In this document: piece after piece, positions 58,015 through 64,000 of the stretch
Position numbering within the stretch: the stretch's first letter is position 1
How the letters are laid out: each line of letters opens with the position of its first letter
Assembly (NCBI GenBank): GCA_964624355.1
Contig: CAZUXL010000002.1
Location: 37,485-101,484, forward strand
DNA: 64,000 nucleotides
Source of the DNA: an uncultured Spirochaetales bacterium
GTDB taxonomy: Bacteria; Spirochaetota; Spirochaetia; JABEVK01
Direction of reading: 5' to 3'
Notes under the pieces: generated by a model
The model's database searches: none
What the model saw: only the letters and a program-made list of their open reading frames with translations
Told to the model about the DNA's origin: nothing
Position numbers and translations under genes: made by a program

Positions 58015-59574
58015 ATGGCCGTAGAAAAAGACAGTAATTCAACTTCTATTTTAGATCTCTGGGAAAAAATGTTGGGTATTTTTGGCCTGGGGGGAGATCC
58101 GGATAAAGAAAAAAATCGTGTACTCCGCGATGTTAAAAAAGTTCTTAAAAGAAATTTCAAAAAATATATAAAAATTGGTCAAAATCTGGTAGAACCGGCC
58201 TTTCCAAAGATCTTTTACGAAATATATTCCGTGGTTGGCCCCGCTCAATCCATCTTAGGAAATGCGGCAAATTCCGGCGCCTTAAAAACCCTTCTGATTG
58301 AATTGAACTTGAACGACCGGCAGAAGCAACTGGAAGACATGTTTCAAGAGCAGTCGATCAGAACCAGGTCCACTCAGATTCCTTTGACAGAGCTCAGTGA
58401 GGAGCTGAAAAAAGGTATGCTGGAGTTCCTCTCCAGTTTTGATGCGGAGACCGTAAAACGCATGGATGGGCTGTACAACCAAATCCTTATATTTTTGGAT
58501 TTTATAGGTTTTAACTATTATTTTCTTCTAAAAAAATTCGACTCGGGTCTCCCTGAAAGGGACTTTACCTACATTCCCCGGTGGGATGCCATCAGCGGCG
58601 ATTACGTGGTGGACGATTTGAAGGAATTCCTGGAAGTAAGCCAAGGAATATCCTCCAGCGTCTCCTGGGATTGGTGTTTGGACGTACTAAAACAGTACCG
58701 AAGTGTGGACGTGGTCAATCGGGATGCTTGGAAAAAAGTGGTGACCAACCTCTCCAGCCTGAAAAGTTCTAATCTCCTTCAATACATGGTCACTTACTTT
58801 GGACGGGAACCCGGTTTCAAGATCATGTCCAAGGCCCCCAACGAACGAATTGTGGATCCGTATTTGAATATTATCAAAACCACCGCTGATTTAACCTTGG
58901 CAAAAATTCTCAAAGAACGGAAAACACAAAAAGTGCAGCAGTTGGTCAAGCAGGTTTTTGGCACCGATGCCGTTTCCCGAACCAAGAACTATACGGAAAA
59001 AGCCAATCTCACCTTTGGGAAAAAAATGATGGGGGGCTACCTTTTTGTGGAACCTCTGAACTATCTCAAGGCCTTTTTACTGGATTACTACAAGCGGGAT
59101 GTGAGGGAATTGGCCAACTTGCTCCTGGTGAAGGGGCAGTGGTATTCTCCCCCCCTGAGTCAGCCTTTTTCCGAGTCCTTTTATGCTCTGATGGAGCTCA
59201 CGGAAAAGTTGGTGGTTTGGGATGATTCCTTGGCCGAGGATTCCGACAAGGGTTTGAAAATCAAGGGTTTTCTTATGCGTTTCGAAAGGGATGCTAATGC
59301 AAAGGCCAGTTTAAACCAAATCTTAAAGGACATAAACGCCCAAGCGAAGGTTTTTATGTTGGAAACTTCAAACCACGCCATAATCATTGCCAAAGCCCTG
59401 AAGCAGGCGATAGATGACATTGATAAACCCAAACATGATTTTATCACCAATTGGAAATCCTTGGAAAATTCCACGGACAAAAATTTAAAAGATTGGATGA
59501 CTGAAGTGTATAAAAACCTCTATTATTTCATTCAGCTGATTCAGCACTTTTTAAAAGAAGGGCCTTTAGTCTGA
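58015..59574 (+). CDS. Hypothetical protein (about 520 aa), low-GC orphan. Start trimmed to the internal MAVEKD.
   Basis: Long ORF with no recognisable motif. Strand is opposite to both flanks. Visibly AT-richer than its neighbours. Confidence 0.5.
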   Translation: MAVEKDSNSTSILDLWEKMLGIFGLGGDPDKEKNRVLRDVKKVLKRNFKKYIKIGQNLVEPAFPKIFYEIYSVVGPAQSILGNAANSGALKTLLIELNLNDRQKQLEDMFQEQSIRTRSTQIPLTELSEELKKGMLEFLSSFDAETVKRMDGLYNQILIFLDFIGFNYYFLLKKFDSGLPERDFTYIPRWDAISGDYVVDDLKEFLEVSQGISSSVSWDWCLDVLKQYRSVDVVNRDAWKKVVTNLSSLKSSNLLQYMVTYFGREPGFKIMSKAPNERIVDPYLNIIKTTADLTLAKILKERKTQKVQQLVKQVFGTDAVSRTKNYTEKANLTFGKKMMGGYLFVEPLNYLKAFLLDYYKRDVRELANLLLVKGQWYSPPLSQPFSESFYALMELTEKLVVWDDSLAEDSDKGLKIKGFLMRFERDANAKASLNQILKDINAQAKVFMLETSNHAIIIAKALKQAIDDIDKPKHDFITNWKSLENSTDKNLKDWMTEVYKNLYYFIQLIQHFLKEGPLV

Positions 59575-60300
59575 TTTCCAGATTAAAGTAGCCATACGTC
59601 CGGTTTCCCCATCCCGGCGGTAGGAAAAGAACTTCTGGGAGTCCCCGTGGGTGCACAAGCCGGACTCGGTGACATTTTTCAAGCCTAAATTTAAGAGAAT
59701 GGACTTGGCCGCCCCGGATAGATCAAAGTTCCATTTATTCCTTACATTGAGCGTGAAAGATTGGGAGGTTTGGGGGTAAGTAAGAAGGAATTGAGTTCTG
59801 ACTTCATCCCCCACTTCGTAGGCCGGTCCCGAGATTCCTGGGCCTATCCAGCCATGGATTTTTTCCGGGGTGATTTGGAGTGATTTTACTCCCTTTTCCA
59901 GAATCCCACAGGCTAAACCCTTCCATCCCCCGTGGAGGGCGGCGATTTTCCCCCCAACCTCGGACCAAAGAGTGATGGGCAGACAATCGGCTGTAAGAAT
60001 TCCCAAGACTTGGTTTGTTTTATCTGTCCAGCTCCCGTCTGCCACAGGGGGAATCTTAGTTGGGACGGCCTGAACTACCTGGCTTCCATGGCATTGGCTC
60101 AGCCAAAAAATATCCCCGGGAAGTTGGGCTTCGGTCTGAAGCCTTTTGCGGTTTTCTTCCACACGCTGAAATTCATCCCCCACGTGAGTCCCTAAATTCA
60201 AGCTTTCCCAAGGTCTTTGGGAAACTCCACCCAGGCGGGTTGTGGATAGGATATGCAATCCAGAAGGAAGGGGGAGCTCGGGTCTCAGGAATTCAATCAA
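59566..60300 (-). CDS. pgeF: YfiH/PgeF (laccase-domain, purine nucleoside phosphorylase-like) protein
   Basis: Conserved ...SQCHGSQVV...HGGWKG... features of the Cu-oxidase_4/YfiH family. 244 aa. Confidence 0.7.
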   Translation of the reverse strand: MIEFLRPELPLPSGLHILSTTRLGGVSQRPWESLNLGTHVGDEFQRVEENRKRLQTEAQLPGDIFWLSQCHGSQVVQAVPTKIPPVADGSWTDKTNQVLGILTADCLPITLWSEVGGKIAALHGGWKGLACGILEKGVKSLQITPEKIHGWIGPGISGPAYEVGDEVRTQFLLTYPQTSQSFTLNVRNKWNFDLSGAAKSILLNLGLKNVTESGLCTHGDSQKFFSYRRDGETGRMATLIWKSD

Positions 60301-61573
60301 CCATGTAATCCAAGAGTTTGGCTTTTAGGGCTTCGGTTACCGAAGCTTCCATACGGATTCCCGTATCGGTGTATTCTTCTGAAAGAACCTGGGCTTCCCG
60401 GTGAAGCAGTGCGGCCAAATCTCCCCGGGTGAGGGGGAATTCAAACCAAATACGAGGAGACAGGAGATCAATTTCAGCCTCAAATCTCCGGGCTAGGGTT
60501 TCCAGCCCTTCGCCGGTTTTAACAGAGATAAACACCGCATCGGGATAGAGGTTTTCCAGCATCCTTTGTTTCAAGGGATCCTCTTTCCAGAGATCACATT
60601 TGTTGAGAACTAGGATCATGGGTTTATCTTGAGCTCCCAGTTCCTTCAAAACTTCCAGCGAAGTTTCTATTTGGGCACTCACCTGGGGATGGTTCCCATC
60701 GGCCAAATGAATGAGGAAGTCCGCATACAGGGATTCTTCCAATGTGGCCTGGAAAGCTTCAACTAATTGATGAGGAAGCTTTTGGATAAATCCCACTGTG
60801 TCCGTGACTAATAGTTCCCGTCCTGGTCCCAAGGACACTTTTCTAGTGGTGGGATCCAAGGTGGCAAAGAGTTTATCCTCTGCCAGGACACCGGCATCGG
60901 ACAGGGCGTTGAGCAGGGAAGACTTCCCAGAATTGGTGTATCCCACTATGGCCCCTTGTAAAAGGGAACTCCCCACCCTTTTTTTTCTGGTCAAAGCCCT
61001 TTGTTCCCGGATTTTTTTCAGTTCATCCTTCAGAACCACAATTTTATCCAGAACAACCCGTCGATCCAATTCTAGCTGGGTTTCGCCGCTTCCCTTAGCA
61101 CCCTTCACCCCCCCCCTTTGTTGGCTGAGGTTCACAAACCGCCGGGTAAGCCGGGGAAGGGAATAAATCATGCGGGCCAAGCCCACTTGCAGAACCGCTT
61201 CCCGGGTTTTGGCCCTTTGAGCAAAGATTTCCAAGATCACTTCCTGGCGGTCTATCACCGCACAGGAGGCGATGGCTTCCCAGTTCCGCTGCTGGCTTGG
61301 GGAGAGGGAATCATCAAAAATAATGAAATCCAGGTCTGCATCCCGGGCAATTTGAACCAGTTCATCCACTTTTCCGGTACCCAATAAGAATTTAGGTTGA
61401 GGTTCCCTAAGACGCACAAGGAGCTTTTGTTGGGCCATGACCCCCATGGTTTCACACAAACCTTCCAACTCTGCTAAATGGTAGTTTCCAGTTTCTTCGG
61501 TCATGGACCCGGACATAAGACACACGAGCAGGGCTTTATCCTGGTGCGCCGAGGTATTCGTTTGTACTATCAC
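60293..61573 (-). CDS. hflX: GTPase HflX
   Basis: HflX N-terminal domain. G1 GYTNSGKSSLLNAL. G3 DTVGF. 426 aa. Confidence 0.9.
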   Translation of the reverse strand: MIVQTNTSAHQDKALLVCLMSGSMTEETGNYHLAELEGLCETMGVMAQQKLLVRLREPQPKFLLGTGKVDELVQIARDADLDFIIFDDSLSPSQQRNWEAIASCAVIDRQEVILEIFAQRAKTREAVLQVGLARMIYSLPRLTRRFVNLSQQRGGVKGAKGSGETQLELDRRVVLDKIVVLKDELKKIREQRALTRKKRVGSSLLQGAIVGYTNSGKSSLLNALSDAGVLAEDKLFATLDPTTRKVSLGPGRELLVTDTVGFIQKLPHQLVEAFQATLEESLYADFLIHLADGNHPQVSAQIETSLEVLKELGAQDKPMILVLNKCDLWKEDPLKQRMLENLYPDAVFISVKTGEGLETLARRFEAEIDLLSPRIWFEFPLTRGDLAALLHREAQVLSEEYTDTGIRMEASVTEALKAKLLDYMVD

Positions 61574-61690
61574 GGTGCCAGCATAAGAGGGGGGCTTTAT
61601 CCTGTCAAGGATGGAAAGTTATATAAAAGTCACAGGGGAAATACTCTCGCCCCCCTTGGTATCTAACCAAAATCCTAGCATTATATTATT

Positions 61691-62686
61691 ATGGATTTAA
61701 TGATGAAATTGATATTTGGTTTAAGTATTCTTACTAGTCCTTTATTTTCCCAAGCCCCGGAGATGCCTTTAGACTGGAATCCCCAGAACCAGGAGTTTCG
61801 GAAGTTTTATGGTTGGTCCGAGGCTGTGGGATCCTGGGAATGGGTTAAAACAGAGCAGGGGATTTCTATCCATATTTTTACCCCACAAGAGCCCTCCCCA
61901 GCGGGTCCTAAGGGAACCCTCTTTGTGGTGCACGGGTACCTGGAGCACGCGGGTACCCAGGTTCAAAATATAGAGCTTGCGGTGCTTCAGGGATGGCTGG
62001 TGGTGGCTTTGGATCTCCCCGGTCACGGACTTTCCGAGGGGGAGAGAGCTGCAATTGGGGACTTTAAAGCGTACGCACAAGCTTTCTCCGCCATGACCAC
62101 ATTACGTCCCTGGGGTCAACCTTGGGCCGCCATGGGTCATTCCACCGGGTGCGCCACTATCATGGAAGCCCGGCAGGAAGGTCTTCACCAGATTCAGAAA
62201 GTCTGGTTTACCGCACCCTTGGTACGCACCTGGATGTGGGCTCCTTCCATGGCCTTTCATCCCTTAGTTTATACGGTAACACCCACCCTTCCTTCCCGAT
62301 ATGGGGCCTCAAGCCGAAATAATGAATATAATGAGTTCCTCGCCAAGGATCCCCTGTTCATACCCTATGTTCCCAAATCCTGGGTGGAAGCCTTGTCCCA
62401 ATGGGAAAAAACGACCCTCCTTTGGCCTGTAAGTTACTGGCCCATAGAGGTCCTTCAAGGAACGGCGGATACGGTGGTGGATGCGAACTACAATATTCCT
62501 TTCCTTCAAAGTCGATTCCAGGGATTGACGGTACAGACCCTGGAAGGTGCCTACCATGATCCTTTTCACGATGAACCCCAAACCGCTTTAAAATCCAAAG
62601 AGTTATTTCTTCATTGGCTTTCCACTCCGGACTTGGAATTTCAACAGAATATAAGTCATACTGGTAGTTATGAACCTCAGTCATGA
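61691..62686 (+). CDS. Secreted alpha/beta hydrolase (lysophospholipase/monoglyceride-lipase-like)
   Basis: Signal peptide. HG oxyanion motif (VVHGYLEHAG). Nucleophile elbow GHSTG. Confidence 0.65.
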   Translation: MDLMMKLIFGLSILTSPLFSQAPEMPLDWNPQNQEFRKFYGWSEAVGSWEWVKTEQGISIHIFTPQEPSPAGPKGTLFVVHGYLEHAGTQVQNIELAVLQGWLVVALDLPGHGLSEGERAAIGDFKAYAQAFSAMTTLRPWGQPWAAMGHSTGCATIMEARQEGLHQIQKVWFTAPLVRTWMWAPSMAFHPLVYTVTPTLPSRYGASSRNNEYNEFLAKDPLFIPYVPKSWVEALSQWEKTTLLWPVSYWPIEVLQGTADTVVDANYNIPFLQSRFQGLTVQTLEGAYHDPFHDEPQTALKSKELFLHWLSTPDLEFQQNISHTGSYEPQS

Positions 62687-63947
62687 TTCCCTTTCTTTTA
62701 TTTCGCTTATTGAACAATGTCCCACCGCTGTCCATACCCGGGATTTTTTGGCAAAACAACTTCTTTCCCGGGGATTTTTACCCCTAAAAGAAGAAGAGTC
62801 ATGGGTTTTAGCCCCGGGGAAAGGGTATTTTGTCCATCGTGGGCAGAGCGGTCTGGCCGCTTTCAGGGTGGGTGACGGAAATCCTGCGGAAACCGGGGTG
62901 TCCATCGGTGTGGCGCATACGGATTCCCCGGGGCTGAAGGTTAAAATTCTGAGCCAGGAAAAGTCAAATAACCTGCTCAGGGTGGGGGTGGAGGTTTATG
63001 GGAGTCCCATTCTCTCCACCTGGTTTGATCGGGAGCTCTCTCTCGCCGGACAGATCGTGACCTTGGAAAATGGCTCCATCCATATCCATCCTGTGGATTT
63101 GAAGGAGCCCTTGGGAATTATTCCCAATCTGGCTATTCATTACAATCGGGACGTGAATAAAGGGGGATTTATCATAGATCCCCAGAACCACCTCAGCGTT
63201 TTGATGACTTTGGACAAGCCTGAACAAAACTCCCTGGAGGAAATGCTCGCCTTACGTTTGGGAATTGAACCTGGAAAAATCATCGATCAAGATTTATTTT
63301 TTTATCCCCTTCAAAAACCCAGCACCTTGGACGGTCGCCTACTGATTTCCGGGAGAATTGATAATCTTTCGGGGTGTCACGCCCTTTTAGAAGGACTGAC
63401 AACTACCCAACCTGGGGCTAAAACCCAAATGGCCTTCTTTTTTGAAGCCGAAGAAGTGGGCTCCTTGAGTTTAGGAGGCGCCCACTCTAGTTTTCTTCAG
63501 GATACGGTCTCCAGGATTGTTTTAAGTTTTGGCGGTGGGGATGAGGATATTTACCGGTCCAGAGCCGGGGGATTCGTCATCTCCGTGGACGCCGCCCATG
63601 CCCTTCACCCCAATTTTACCGATCGGCACGATCCCCGGTACTCCCCTTTATTGGGAGGCGGCCCGGTAATAAAACTCAGTGCAGGGGCGAAATATGCCAC
63701 CTCAGGATACTCGGCTACCCGGTTTGAACAGCTGTGTAGGACCACGAACACCCCTTGTCAAAGGTACATTATTCGCTCTGATTTGACTTCGGGTTCCACA
63801 GTTGGTCCCGTGACGGGGGCCTTGGGGGGGATGGAAACCGTGGATGTGGGAATTCCCATTCTGGCCATGCATTCCGCCAGGGAAACATGCTCCTTAGATG
63901 ATCATAATGCTTTAATTCAAGTCCTGAGAGCTTTTTACGCGGAATAG
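62670..63947 (+). CDS. M18 family aminopeptidase (aspartyl aminopeptidase-like)
   Basis: Length and conserved His/Asp/Glu-containing blocks of the M18 family (...HTDSPGLK..., ...FEAEEVGS..., ...AMHSARE...). Confidence 0.75.
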   Translation: MNLSHDSLSFISLIEQCPTAVHTRDFLAKQLLSRGFLPLKEEESWVLAPGKGYFVHRGQSGLAAFRVGDGNPAETGVSIGVAHTDSPGLKVKILSQEKSNNLLRVGVEVYGSPILSTWFDRELSLAGQIVTLENGSIHIHPVDLKEPLGIIPNLAIHYNRDVNKGGFIIDPQNHLSVLMTLDKPEQNSLEEMLALRLGIEPGKIIDQDLFFYPLQKPSTLDGRLLISGRIDNLSGCHALLEGLTTTQPGAKTQMAFFFEAEEVGSLSLGGAHSSFLQDTVSRIVLSFGGGDEDIYRSRAGGFVISVDAAHALHPNFTDRHDPRYSPLLGGGPVIKLSAGAKYATSGYSATRFEQLCRTTNTPCQRYIIRSDLTSGSTVGPVTGALGGMETVDVGIPILAMHSARETCSLDDHNALIQVLRAFYAE

Positions 63948-64000
63948 ACGGTTCTAAGACTCTTTGGGGTACTTTTTATAGAATTTTTCCCACTGCTGGG

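Noticed and set aside
61585-61661. A long-range GC-rich complementarity (ggggggc ... gcccccc, about 53 nt apart) in the hflX / hydrolase divergent region, considered as a structured regulatory RNA
   Set aside because: It is only a 7 bp stem with poor flanking pairing and no recognisable riboswitch core. It is compatible with chance in a G/C-run-rich genome.
1-64000. Search for CRISPR arrays, integrases, transposases, reverse transcriptases or restriction endonuclease partners
   Set aside because: No regularly spaced short repeats, no recombinase-like ORFs, and no nuclease-like ORF adjacent to the single methyltransferase. Only the tRNA-Cys tandem duplication hints at past integration.

Overview
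This is a 64 kb chromosomal window from a bacterium of about 50% GC. Codon usage is rich in GGG and CCC. Secreted proteins, TPR proteins and c-di-GMP enzymes are abundant. The overall gene content resembles a spirochaete, possibly Leptospiraceae, but that is a weak guess. Most of the window is recognisable housekeeping, read from motifs in the supplied ORF translations:

- DNA repair and ribosome: a recJ 3' fragment, an M23 peptidase, rpsU, radC and dinB.
- Proteases and small enzymes: a rhodanese, an M16 zinc peptidase, an M18 aminopeptidase, two SDRs, an HDAC-family deacetylase, an alpha/beta hydrolase pair and a class II photolyase.
- Cell wall and amino acids: murE and ddl, arginase and argA.
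- Folate and pyrimidine synthesis: folE, folB, pyrD and pyrK.
- Signalling: a hybrid sensor kinase with two receiver domains, an HD-GYP plus response-regulator GGDEF operon, a HAMP-GGDEF-EAL protein, a PAS histidine kinase and an SrkA/YihE-like kinase.
- Envelope and transport: a TPR / outer-membrane protein / ExbB / ExbD / TonB operon, a MalK-like ABC ATPase and an OmpA-like protein.
- Other: a frameshifted ttcA, hflX, yfiH/pgeF and an aminotransferase.
- RNA genes: tRNA-Cys(GCA) on the minus strand and tRNA-Val(TAC) on the plus strand.

No CRISPR array, integrase, transposase, reverse transcriptase or recognisable defence operon (restriction enzyme, Cas, Abi, CBASS or similar) was found. The less ordinary items are:

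1. A perfect 2 x 64 bp tandem duplication that repeats the 3' end of tRNA-Cys, which looks like an att-site scar.
2. A T4-Dam-type adenine methyltransferase with a roughly 250 aa uncharacterised C-terminal extension and no restriction partner. It is divergently apposed, 23 bp away, to yaiI (UPF0178).
3. Two low-GC orphan insertions. One is a nitroreductase plus 390 aa orphan cassette at about 23.5–25.3 kb. The other is a 534 aa orphan at about 58–59.6 kb.
4. A 1084 aa membrane-anchored coiled-coil protein ending in a sigma-70-region-4-like helix-turn-helix.
5. An unknown secreted protein wedged between murE and ddl.
6. A C10 homopolymer tract inside tonB.
7. A -1 frameshift that splits ttcA.

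All functional calls rest on motif recognition only. No database search was possible.
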